From Takakia lepidozioides (Eukaryota > Plantae > Bryophyta): a DNA stretch of 64,000 nucleotides. The position numbers and the translations under genes are program-made. The notes beneath the pieces were generated by a model that saw only the letters and a list, made by a program, of their open reading frames with translations, did no database searches and was not told where the DNA came from. Location: assembly GCA_030704615.1 (NCBI GenBank), contig CM060732.1, positions 43,586,001 to 43,650,000 of the forward strand, in the 5' to 3' direction. Positions 49,906-61,499 of the stretch are shown here, one piece after another. Within the stretch, counting starts at the first letter, position 1; each line of letters begins with the position of its first letter.

Positions 49906-51300
49906 AGGGGAATGCTTGCGCGTGAGCCCAGCCAGGCTCACGCCACGTCAGCAAGGTTTCCCACGTGTAGGACCTAATTCCGCGGATGCCACCTATTTCC
50001 GCAGAACTGTAGGCAACTACCACGCCACAGATTTGCCAACTTTATTTTCCTAGAAGTCTGCTCCCTCATCCAAATCTTGGTCGGATGAGAAATCACGGGT
50101 GGTTTGTGGATGGTTTTTGTCCACGGGCACAAGATATTTCAGAGAGTACAATGTCATGTTGTGTAATGAACACGAAGAAGAATGAGTTTGTTCTAATGAA
50201 GTTCCTTCGCCCAATTCACATCCACTTTTCATTGATAGACGTTTTCCAGACAAACACCAAGAAATCCCTAAAGCGACTTTGCGGTTTATGAAAAAACATG
50301 GTGCAGAACAGGTTCGCAAGACTTGCAATGTAAGACACGAAATGAAGAACAACATGGCCAGTAACCATACAAAATGCAAAAAACAGTCCTAAAAAAAGAT
50401 GCTTTCATTTCTCAAATCAAGGTTGCGTCAATGCAAGGTTGATTTGCATCACCTTCCCGAAAAAAAGAAAAAAATAGAAAAAAAAAACTTTCAAAAAAAG
50501 ATGTTTTCATTTCTCAAATCAAGGTTGCGTCAACGCAAGGTTGATTTGCATCACCCCATAGAGATTTAAAAAAATAAATAAAAATTCAAAAAATCAAAAA
50601 ATGATGCTTTCATTTCTCAAATCAACGTTGCATCAACGCAAGGTTGATTTGTATCATCCCCCAAGGGAGGGGAAAAAAAACAAATCTTCAGAAAAAGATG
50701 TTTTTATTTTTCAAATCAATGTTGCGTCAACGCAAGGTTGATTTGCATCACCCCCCATGGAGGATATATATATATATATATATATATATAAAGATGCTTT
50801 CATTTCTCAAATCAAGGTTGCGTCAACGCAAGGTTGATTTGCATCACCCCCAAGGGAGGAAAAAAAATATAAATAAATAAATAAATAAAAAAAAATAATA
50901 ATTTGAAGTCGTATGTTTATCTGTGTATGTCACGTTATCAATCGTGTTGTGCATGCGTCTACCATTTGTTGCATTCGTTCCTCAAACTCATTTGTTCATT
51001 TGCGAAAACATCAAGTCACATTCAAATGAACATTCTCGGAACTTAAAATCAACCTCGTGTTAACACAAGGTTGATCTCTGCGGATGCCTAAACCCTTAAT
51101 CCATCTCACCTTCAGATTGTGAAATCCCACAGTTATAGGCTCCACGGTTATAGGCCCACCATATTTGTGGTGACGTGGCACGACCTTGGGTGGGCTCACG
51201 CCACATTAGCGCCACATCAGCGCGGTGAGCGTAGGCTCACGCCACATCACCATTGTGTGAGCATACGCTCACACGCCAGGCTCACGCGGTAGCGTCGTTG
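49906..51300 (+). mobile_element. Second copy of the same non-autonomous element, opposite orientation, TSD CCCAACACT
   Basis: Reverse complement of 46950-48423. CCCAACACT at 49897-49905 and 51301-51309. Confidence 0.88.
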
Positions 51301-51309
51301 CCCAACACT

Positions 51310-52809
51310 GCCATACAATGCAGCCCATCGGGGCATGGTTTGCTGAAACAGGTGAACCCAACTGTTGGCAAGACTCCACCTTCCAAACGCCTTCCCACCC
51401 GGCCTCTTGCCAGTTATCCTCCATTCACACATTACCCTCATGCTTGTCCTCATCCAATGCACTATGATCCTCACTGTCAATACCCCCGACCCCGATTTGG
51501 TTATGCAGAGTAGGCCTATGGCCATTCTCCACCCCCTCATCTTTGCCTCATAGCTACCCTCAACCTGCAATGTGACCGCCATACCCACCCTATGCCATTT
51601 ACCCTGGGCCCTATGTCACATCTCCCCAGCTCCAGTCACAGCCCCCAGTGGATGAAGTCCCTAGTGATGTCCCCGAGCCCCCAATTGAATGTCTAAGAAG
51701 GACAGAGCCAATGCACTGCGGCGTTAGAACCTGAGAGCAAAGACAGTGGCAACAAAGGTGAAAGTGGAGCAGGAGCAGCTCGGCCTTCCCTCGCATATCG
51801 TTGTTGTCAACAAGTTTGGGGAGCCAGTAGGCCATTCTCGCAATTCTTGGCATGCAGCCCTTAAAGGGCAGATGTTTCGATTGTGTGACTTATTATTGGC
51901 CATTCAAGAGTAGGATGAGGAGGACATTAAGGCAGTCCAACGAGTGCTGGCATCCACTTTTTCATACACTCCACGCAGTCTGGACTATGAGCACATGCGA
52001 CACACCATTGGCAAGGCTTTGAAGACACAACGAAGTGAACTGTATGCAAAGTTTAAGGGAGGGGAGGGCAGACCTTTGTATGTGGACGAAGGGCAATGGA
52101 CCAGGCTTGTTGCGTACTGGTCAACCCCAAATTTCAGCACCGTATCAACCAAGATGAAGAAGGCAAATTCGTGTATACAGAATCCATCAAAAACTGGTCG
52201 TGGTGGGAAGACATTTGTGGAGGCACGTCTGGTAAGTTATTGATCACACCCCCTGGCACAACCTATTGCTAAGGTACTTCAACAGTATGATATGTGGCAT
52301 TAATTCTTTAACCTGACCTGCAATTTGATTTATTTCTTCAACCCGATTGATTGATTGGTTTACTGACTGATTGATGGTTGATTGGTTTACTGATTGATTT
52401 AATTGATAGTTGATTGGTTTAAATATCAGCCAATTACTGAGGGTAGCTAGGCACTTCAGGCCATCCTTACATCCCTACGGCCATACTTTACAACATCCTT
52501 GGAAAGATCAAAGAGCTTATGGGACAGGAGAAGGCATGCATGAAACAAGAAAAGAGAGTGCCTTGCACAAAATGGGAGGGTCTCTCTCTGTCTAGGTGGT
52601 TTTTGAATGCTCCTAGACATCTTGCAAGTATGATATGGTAGGTTTGTGTCATCGAGTGAAGGCTTTGATTGTCTCGTGTATACTTTCAGGATGTTATATC
52701 ATGTCATGTTAGTAAATTGTCGCTCAGTACGTGGCTGCATTTTGACTTTGCTGGCTGATTTGCAGGAAGCCCATTGCGGACGATCAGTCGAGCTGCAAGA
52801 AATCCAGGA
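51310..52809 (+). pseudogene. CACTA second gene (TnpA/Ptta-like), divergent from the transposase and interrupted by Gypsy copy 2
   Basis: RPLYVDEGQWTRLVAYWST..SKTGRGG in 51944-52243, preceded by a proline-rich region. Probably begins before the insertion at 49906. Confidence 0.7.
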
Positions 52810-54229
52810 TGTCAAGTTAAATAAGCACAGTGTGAAAACAACTAGAATAAAGCAAGTTATTTGTATTTAACACTTGGATTTAGGTCAAGTGTTAAATCAG
52901 GTGTCAAGTTTAGTTTGACACATGAACCGCCTTATCTTCACGAGAGCGGCAGTCGCGCAGCTCATCTCTCTCGGGTTGAGCCTGCGCGACCGAGCTCCTG
53001 CATCGTTTAGGACTGAGTGTGCTTATGATGGGAGTATAGGTTGTTGTGGGGTGGAGTCCCCATAGCTTGGGGTGCCCCTGACTCGACTTCTGTTTTAACG
53101 AGTGATAGCGATGGATTTCATGTTGTTTCTGGTGTGAACAGTGTGTCTCTTAGCTTGTTCTATCACTCGAGAGAGATGAGTTTGCATCTGTGAGTGCAAG
53201 ATGTGAGCTTAATTAGTTTTTAGCACTTGTGGGTTTTGTATGAAGATGAGAGAGAAACACGAGGGTGCAATGGCAAGTTAGGCTTCTGTGTGTTGAAAGC
53301 GGTAACACGAAAGTGCATGGGTATTCTCCCTTTATAACTGTCACTGGCTGAGCGGCAGATTGAGAGCCGAGCATGGTGAAACGATTAGCATTATTGTTGT
53401 CTCGCAAGGCTGGGATGCAAGCTTTCATTGTCTTGGTGGTTAGAAGCGGAGGTGCAGCTGGTTACGCGAGTAGGTGGACCGTGGTCTTCGACTTCAGCTG
53501 CAGAGATAAAAATACCATGCTATAGGTAATTCCTGAGCAGACTGATGGTTTCAGACCTGCACATAGTGAGCAGCCAAGGTGTTGGACTGGTTGATGGGCT
53601 CATGTCTACAAGTCGTCGTGCCAATGTTATATGGGTACTGATGACAAACGATTTGGTGAAGTTGTTCATGGCATATATCATGGTGTGCAATCAGTAAAGG
53701 CCGAGTTGAGAAGTTGGCTGGCTATCGTTGGGTTTCTTGGTCAGCGAGCAGGGACAGGCTGGCATGAAGGCAGATTGTGCCGTCGTTGGCTTTCATGTGG
53801 AATAGTTACAGCAGAACCGGTGGGAATATTTGTAGTCAAATAAGATCAACAAGCAAGTGAGGCTTGGTGATTATGCTTGAGGAATTCGATCTTGAACTTG
53901 GACGGGTCTGTAATAATTTTTATAAAAAAACGAGCATGGATGAACTGGCCAAGTGGCGATGGTGCTGTCCTCGATTAGCTGTGGATTGCAATAGGACAAT
54001 GAGAGCAAGAATAGGGTGATGAAGGGGTGCAGACAACGACACCTAGTTCCATCAAGGCTTGGTTAAGGTCTCCAGGCCTCTTTGCATCCATCAACTGTGT
54101 GGCTAGAGCCCATAAAGCTTGACTATAGCTGATGTTTTGTTAGAAGATATGGCTCGTAGCCTGCAGAGAACACAAATAACATTGCCATCCACCACTGGGA
54201 CTGCATGCTAGAAAGCCATGGAGGCGATG

Positions 54230-54655
54230 GCACCTGCCGTGTAGTTGCCAGTGCAGAAGAGGTTGAGGGAGAAGCCATGAAGCAGCGTCAGCCACGGTAG
54301 TTTGATCATCATCCTTCAACAAGTCGCTACATTCAGTTTCAGGCACTGCAGCAACGAAGTTGTTAACGCGGGCCTCTTTTACAACATTCGGACACTCAAA
54401 GAAAGGAGTGACTGATACATGCTCATGCCGACAGGCAAGTGAGTTGGCTGAATGGATATCTGTGTCGCCTGAAACGCAAAGTGCAGCTACATCGTCCTTA
54501 CAAGTGACAACGGCTTGAGCTAGCCCACACACCTCGCACATCCACACACGCCAGCTTGTTTATGCCATGCACCTTGCCATCGCAACCTACACACAAAAAT
54601 GTTGCATCTGCCCTGCAGTACATAGCCATGCTTGACGCATGACAAGACGTGTCTA
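54230..54655 (-). pseudogene. CONSTANS-like double B-box fragment inside the 5' region of Gypsy copy 2
   Basis: YCRADATFLCVGCDGKVHGINKLA, WMCEVC..VTCKDDVAALC..DIHSANSLACRHE, AASWLL. No CCT domain seen. Confidence 0.85.
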
Positions 54656-55234
54656 TGGTAGCCAGGCTTCCTGAATGAGGGAGAAGGACGCCGGTGCACG
54701 TTTGAGGACAGACAATCCCTGCACAGCAACTCCCGAAGTTGAAGATTTCTCCAAAGAACGAGCAGCAATGGCCATAGTTACCAAAATGGCTGGTACAGTT
54801 GTAACGACCATGCTTGCAAGATCGCATCTCGGATTTAATGAAACAGGTTCGGGATGAACTGACTCCCTTGTCATTCCTTCCAGGATTCTTGCTGTGAGTG
54901 AGATCTTCACATTCTATAAGGGAGGCCGGACGGAGTGGATCGTAGCCCAAGATATTTTCGTGCTGGGAGCTCAAAAATGTTGTTTATAGTGGAGAACTTA
55001 GAATTCGCAGGGAACCGAGGAACAGGGAACCAAGACGGATTATTGGAAATAGATTTTTCATTTGAATGACATATATTATGTTTAAAGAGCCTGTTTGGCC
55101 ATAACTTTGTCATACAAAGGCTGTTTGACTTCAAATTTGCGCGAGGACCTGCAGATTGTGGAAATCCACATACTCAAACCTGGTTTTAGTTTTTTGGACT
55201 CTGCTAAAAATCTATGGATTTTTTTTGAGTGTGA

Positions 55235-56074
55235 GTGTGTGGATGCTATGAAAGATCCACAACTCTGTTTCAGCTAGAACCTGTTGTGGTCTACATGAGA
55301 GACAAGTTTTGTGGATGTCCTCCTTGTATGGCTGGGGGCAATGAGGATGTAATTGAAGGGCAGGTCTCTTCTCTTAGCCTGTGCACACACGGAGACAAGA
55401 TTTATGTTTCTCAAGGAACTCAGACTGATTTGAGTGGAGAGCAGTTGGACGAGTTGATTGCATACTGGGAGTCGGGCATTAGCAATAGACAACAAACTGC
55501 TGTAGTTGGCGTTGAGGGCCTCAATATTGCTTTGGCCAGTCAAAACTCTGTTGGAGCAAGCAGTTCTGCTGTAGGTGAAATACCAAAGTGGGTGAAAGCT
55601 AGGCTTGGAACACAGCCAAAGACAGCCCCAGGGACCAAGGTGTTCAGCCACAAGGCCGTGGTGTACTGGAGCAGAGGAGCAGGAGCTGCACAAGTTTGTG
55701 CAATCAGACATGGTTGCAGCCGGATACGCTCTGCACAAGGCAACCACGAGCGGGGGTTCATTAGCAATGTCAAGTTTGTTTTGCTTGAAGGAGATGCAGT
55801 CATTCGTAATGAGGACACCCGCAACCGTCTCAAAGCTTTTGAGTTGAGAGACTATCAGACCCTACCTTTGTTTTCTTTAGTGTTCAATGAGCGGGAGATA
55901 TGGGAGTATTGCTTTGTCTCTACCTGGCAGAAAGAGGAGGAGGGTTGGTTAGAGCGAGCTACTGTAGCTTGGGACAAGGTTAGTGGCAGGTTTCTGGACA
56001 TAGATATACCTCCTACACCTTACCATCAAGCAGAGCGAGGCACTTTGAGAGAAGTCTGGCAGTTGATAGCATAG
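55235..56074 (+). CDS. Unassigned open reading frame (up to 279 aa; first ATG at 55295) upstream of gag in copy 2
   Basis: 840 bp without a stop in otherwise decayed DNA. No motif recognised. Confidence 0.4.
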   Translation: MCGCYERSTTLFQLEPVVVYMRDKFCGCPPCMAGGNEDVIEGQVSSLSLCTHGDKIYVSQGTQTDLSGEQLDELIAYWESGISNRQQTAVVGVEGLNIALASQNSVGASSSAVGEIPKWVKARLGTQPKTAPGTKVFSHKAVVYWSRGAGAAQVCAIRHGCSRIRSAQGNHERGFISNVKFVLLEGDAVIRNEDTRNRLKAFELRDYQTLPLFSLVFNEREIWEYCFVSTWQKEEEGWLERATVAWDKVSGRFLDIDIPPTPYHQAERGTLREVWQLIA

Positions 56075-56592
56075 ATCAGGATTAGATCTTGCTTGGGCGG
56101 GCTTCTATTCTTCCCCTCCATCTCTGTACTATTTTCATTACCTTGTACTCGTAGTTGCCAAAGCCTCTCTTGGTGGAGGCTAGTCAGTCCGGGGTTTTGG
56201 GCTGGGATATTCTGCAGGTCAGCACTGCAGATGGATTTTGGTGTGGGGGTGTTGATGTTTTGATTTCTTGTGTTTGGATCCCCCCAACACCTGCATGCTT
56301 GACTGTGCGCCATGTTGGTTTTGTGTGGGCGCTTGCTTTCATAGGGATTAGGCCGGATTTGATCACCGGTCAATCCTAGAGTATGTTGTCGGTGGTGAGG
56401 CTGGAGTGATGACCAGCAAGACCACCAGTGTTTCTTCTATGGTGAGACTGGGTTGATGACCAGCCAACCATAGGAGTTCTTGCGGTGGATGCAGGTGCAG
56501 GTGCCATGAGCCACTGGGATATGACCCTTAAATTGCAACAGGTGCCTACCCGTGTCACTATTAGAATTAGTAATAGAGCCTTATAGTGTCAC

Positions 56593-59500
56593 GTGGGGGA
56601 GGTGCACATTGTGAGTGTCATCACGGAGATACCCAGGGGTTCTGAGGGGAGTACGGCTACAGGCAGTAGCAATGAGAGTGGGTTCACCAGACGAGGTGTT
56701 CGTTTCAGACCACCTTCACCTCCACCCTCAACTAGTGCAGAGTCAGACACAGATTCGGAGGCTTCATCAATAGGTATGCAGTTTCATTCGCCATTGTTGT
56801 GGGACGACATGGAGGAGATGTATGGAGCTACCAAGGGGCCTCGTAGGTACTCTGGAGCTGTGGGCACGATCGAGTTGGATGACTTTATCCAGGAGTTCGA
56901 CAGCTGGTGTGATTTGCAGCAGATGCGCAATCCACAGTTATTCACCCCATTCATGGCGTGGAAGGGACTGTTCCAGCATTTGGAAGGCCCGCCTATGGAC
57001 GATTACCACGAGTTCAGGCGAGGACATGAAGCAGAGATTAAGGAGTGGAGGATGTATTGGTCACCTGACTACGTCTCCATTACTCGAGGCACGACGCGAC
57101 TAGTAGCTGCATCAGTACCAATATCTCCCACTGCCAGCACTAGTAGTGGAGCAAGTAGTGCCGGTACTTCTGTAGGTGGTACTAGTGCAAAAGGTGCTAC
57201 TACTCCTCCTGCCACGACTACAACACATGTGCCTAGATTCAACCCGGTGGTGGAGTTCTTCCAGGAGTTGCGGAGGAACTACCAAGGTGTAAGGACAGAG
57301 AAGCTGCGAAGTTTGCAAGACTTCCAGCGCAAACCCAGTGAGAGCATGCGAGAGACGTACACTCGTATGAGGCGCTTGATAAGTGTGACCCAAGGGGTTA
57401 CTGAAGCTCAGGCAATCCAGTTTTGGTATGGAATTCTGGACAAGAGAAGGGTGCGAGATGCAACCCTGTTACAAGCAGCCCAACCCACATTAGCAGATGT
57501 GTTTCTGCTGGTTGAACGGATTGAGCTCAACATGATGGAGGAGCGAATTGTTACCATTGGATTTGGCAAGGACATGCCTGCACGAGGCGCAGCTGCCAGC
57601 CCACAGGCACAAGGGACTGCCCAACAGCGTGGTCAGGGGGGCAAGGGTTCCATGGAGCTTAAAGGGGACATCAGGTGCAGAGGCCCGTGGCATCTTTTGC
57701 AGGCCAACAACAACCAGGGGTGATATGTTGGACATGTGGAGGACCCCATGTCAAGAGAGATTGCCCAGAGAGTGGCAGAAGGCCGGCACAAGCACAGTTG
57801 CAGTGTGGGCATTGTGGCAAGTATGGGCATGGAGATGCCCAGTGTTATGACTTGTATCCTCAGTTGTGCCCAGGCCAGTTCCAAGGGAACAATGGTGGTC
57901 GGGGGCAAGGTGGACCAGCCTAGAGAGGACGAGGTGGTCGGGCACGAGGTGCAGGCCAAGGGCAAGCTCAACATGGCCAAGGACGCGGTGGTCAGGGTGT
58001 TGACCAAGGCATGGCCAACCGGCTTCAGCAGCTAGAGCAGAGGCTCACTGCAATGGCTATAGCTCAGGCGGTACCGGCTCCCAGGCGGGATGGTCTACCT
58101 CCTGCTCCTGAGGGAGGAGATATGGGAGGCATGGGATTCATGTGCGGAGCAGCACTACCACTAGTGCAGGTGGAGTCTGCTGCAGCCGTGACTCGAGGAA
58201 CAGCACGAGTTCCTGAGCCACGAGGTGCAGAGGTGGAATTGGATCCACAGAGTGGGGAGGCAAGCCGTCAGGCGAGGCTTCCTCAGTCATTCACATTGGC
58301 GGAGACTGTGTCGACGCCATCCATGACACCTAGTTCTCGCTCGACTGTTACCGAGGCGGAGGTTACTATGCCATTGGGGAGAGCTACACATGCAGCACTG
58401 ACACCTGCTACCAAGGCTAGTGCAGCCGGTGTGTTATTGGGGGCAGCCACCTCTGTGTGTCAAGCCCCACTGTTCTCGGCAACCATGATTGCGACGCCAG
58501 GGGTAAGGCCAGCTGTAGTGTTCAGACTAGCAGCAACACTTTGTGAGAGTGGGGAGGTCACTTCATCTTCTGCGGAGTTACTGGAAGGTGTAGTGGCAGA
58601 GGGATCCTCAGATTTGAGGGTCAAGACTGCCACGGCTGCGCCATGGCAAGCTGCAGCTGCCAGGTTGATGGAACTGCCAGCTAGGTCAGCCTTTGAGCGC
58701 GCCATGGTGACACCTGGAGTTGTCTTGTTAGACAACCAGGATGGCATTTTCTCTTTGAGTGGACCGGCAGGCAAGAAGTACCGGCCACTGCGGGTCTTGT
58801 TGGACTCGGGAGCTCAGCCACTGATGTTGGGCAGAGCTGCTATTGCAGGTTTGGGCCTCATGGAGGCAGATATGGAGCCTTGTCATTTCCAGATACAGAC
58901 ATCTCTGGGAGGATCAGAGCAGGCTCGGGGCATGACACGGCGTGAGTTGGCCATTGGACTACAAGCAGATCATCCTGTAGATGGCTCAGTGATGCGAGCC
59001 AAGGCCATTGTGACAGACGCGGTCTCTTACAATGTCCTCGTTGGTGGGGCAGTGTTATATCCCATGGGCTTCACCCTGGACTTTTGGGAGAAGTCAGCAT
59101 CCTACAGGCCTGGATGGCAGTCAGGGGATGGTCGTCGTGCACAGCTCCCTGTGACATTCATTGGGGGTATTGCGGCTGCCCAACGGGGCAAGATGCCAAC
59201 ACTAGCCGCCTTTACAGCTGCAGTTAGTTGGCCTGGAGAGTTGCTGGAGGGCAATGCCCATGCAGAGGATGTGCCACCTCCAGCAGAGCAGGATGACATG
59301 CATGGTATGGCGGAGTTGCCTGCCATGGTTGCTCACACTCCATCGTGGGGTACGAGCAACGATTTGCAGCAGATTGCTGATGGACGGGTGCAACAAGCTT
59401 GGGTAGAAGCTTTCATACCGTCAGGAGAGGAGGAGAGTGCGGTGATTGCACCAGGACCATCCCAGTTGTCGCCATTGGACACCACACCTCTTGTGTGGCA

Positions 59501-61499
59501 GTGCCCGGATGAAGGCATATGCCTTCTGGACTTGTTTGGCGGGATCAGCACTGGATTGGCTGCAGTGCTGCAGGCAGGTGTACGAGTTCGACGTTACTTG
59601 TATGTGGAGAGGGATGAGACTACTCGACGCATCTCACTGCGCCATGTTGCTCAGTTGGTACAGCAGTACCCTGTTTTGTTGCCAATGTCTGCAGTTCGTG
59701 GATACCAACAAGCCTTGCCAGCAGACATTTCGTTGTTGGGGGCGTAGGATTTGGAGCAGGTTGGCTCGATTGATCTAGTAATGCCAGGTTGGCCCTGCCA
59801 AGGGCATTCATCAGCCGGGCATGGCAATGGATTGCGAGACTCGAGGACGGGTCTGTTTTGGGAGATGATGCGGGTTTTGCGCCACTTGCAGCTTCATCAA
59901 GCTGTATCTCTACCATACATCTTGGAGAATGTGCCACTGATGGGTGATTCTCGGGCCAGGGTGATGGCCAGTGTGCATCAAGTCCGGTCGTGGCTTGGGT
60001 CAGCAGTGTTGCTGGATGCAGCTGCAGTGGGGTCACGGGCTCATCGTCCACAGCTTTGGTGGACTAACTTGATGCCACCCGCACTGCTCAAGCGTGCATT
60101 TGATGGGGTGCAACGGCCAGCACACCTCACCGTGGATGGCATTTTGGACACAGGGAGGCAGTCTCAACGTGTGAGACACGATGACCGTTTGCCTTTGGCA
60201 GTGGTCAACGGGGTGGGTCAACCACGAGCAGCATTACCTACACTACTCAGCTTCCCAGGGGGTCAATGCAGGATAGGGTCCACCCAAAACTGGCAGAATC
60301 TGGGAGTCCTCGACTTCACGTTCATGGACAATGTATGTTTAGACAAACCTATTTGTGAAACCTTGAAGACTACATACATATGATATCATGCTACCTCCCT
60401 AGGTTTATTTATCAATCTCACCCTTTATTGACATCAATTCATAGATTGAAAATTTGCAAGTCTTCATAGGTGGGTTCGATTCTAAATTTTGTAGGCATAT
60501 TTCCCTCCATAAGCTTTCAATCCATCTTATTGTGAAAGGAGATATAAAAAATAATGAAGATTGCATGTCCAAAATCAATGTGCTAATTCACGAAATTTAT
60601 AAATATTTAATTACGTCTAAAACTTGTAGGGGAGGAAATTTTGACCTTTGAACCAGATTTTCATATAACAAGGGAGATCAATGAAGGTGGTTAAATTTTC
60701 CATCTACAATGGATGTCGGATTCATTTCCCAATGAGTCCATGAAGGGCATATCACCCGTTGAGACCGCACAAGCTTCATGCACTCATGGACTTATATGGA
60801 TTTTCAAATCTTGTCAGATTTGTCTGATTCAAATTTCATTATGTTCGAAACGTCAACAATGGTCTAGATTTTGCTTCATAACCAATAAAAAATTCCAACT
60901 TAACATCTTCATTGAGTCCTATATATACAAAATGCAAAAATAAACTGTCTGGGACTTCCATTTTGGGCTGACCCTACCATGCTTTCACCCCAGGATCCCA
61001 TGCTTTTCGGGATGGTGGACCTGGCCTCTTGTGGGATAGCCAGTTGCAACAGTTAGTGGAGCCTAATGCCGACGAGCGAGAGCGGGCTATAGGATTTTCC
61101 ACTGGGACCACGGCGGTGCCTTCTCTTTCTGAGGCATCACGTCGTCAGGTGTTGGGGCAAACAATGGATCTCAATTGCTTGACCTGGATTATCAGCTTGG
61201 CTATGGCTGAGCAACGTAGAGTGCGGAGTGCACTTCCCTTGACGGTCTCTCTGCCTACCGAGACGGTACAGGCAGCGAGTGGGGGCGAGCCGGTGAGGAC
61301 CACGGGGTGTAGACATCCATGGCACACGTGGGAGGTGCTCGAGGTTCAGAGGGAGTTGGCAGCCAAGGCAGCTGTGATGGATGAGGTTGGGGATTCTTCT
61401 CGGGATGAGGAGGTTCTCAATGATGAGATGATGGGGCAGGATGAGGCCTTGTCATTGACTGAGCAGGAAGGGAGTACTGCTCAAGAGGTTGCAGCATAG
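56593..61499 (+). pseudogene. Gag-protease-DNMT3-like C5 methyltransferase polyprotein region, copy 2
   Basis: CWTCGGPHVKRDC and CGHCGKYGHGDAQC knuckles; LLDSGAQP; LLDLFGGISTG, GWPCQGHS, ILENV, AHRPQLWWTNL, RRQVLGQ. Protease and DNMT motif I share one frame (58011-59747). Stop at 59745 and MITE at 60260. Confidence 0.92.
60260..60990. mobile_element. MITE with GGG...CCC termini and 4-bp TSD (CAGG), inserted in the DNMT domain
   Basis: 30-bp TIRs (24/30 match). Copy 1 shows the empty site CTTCCCAGGATC. CAGG at 60256-60259 and 60991-60994. Confidence 0.88.
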
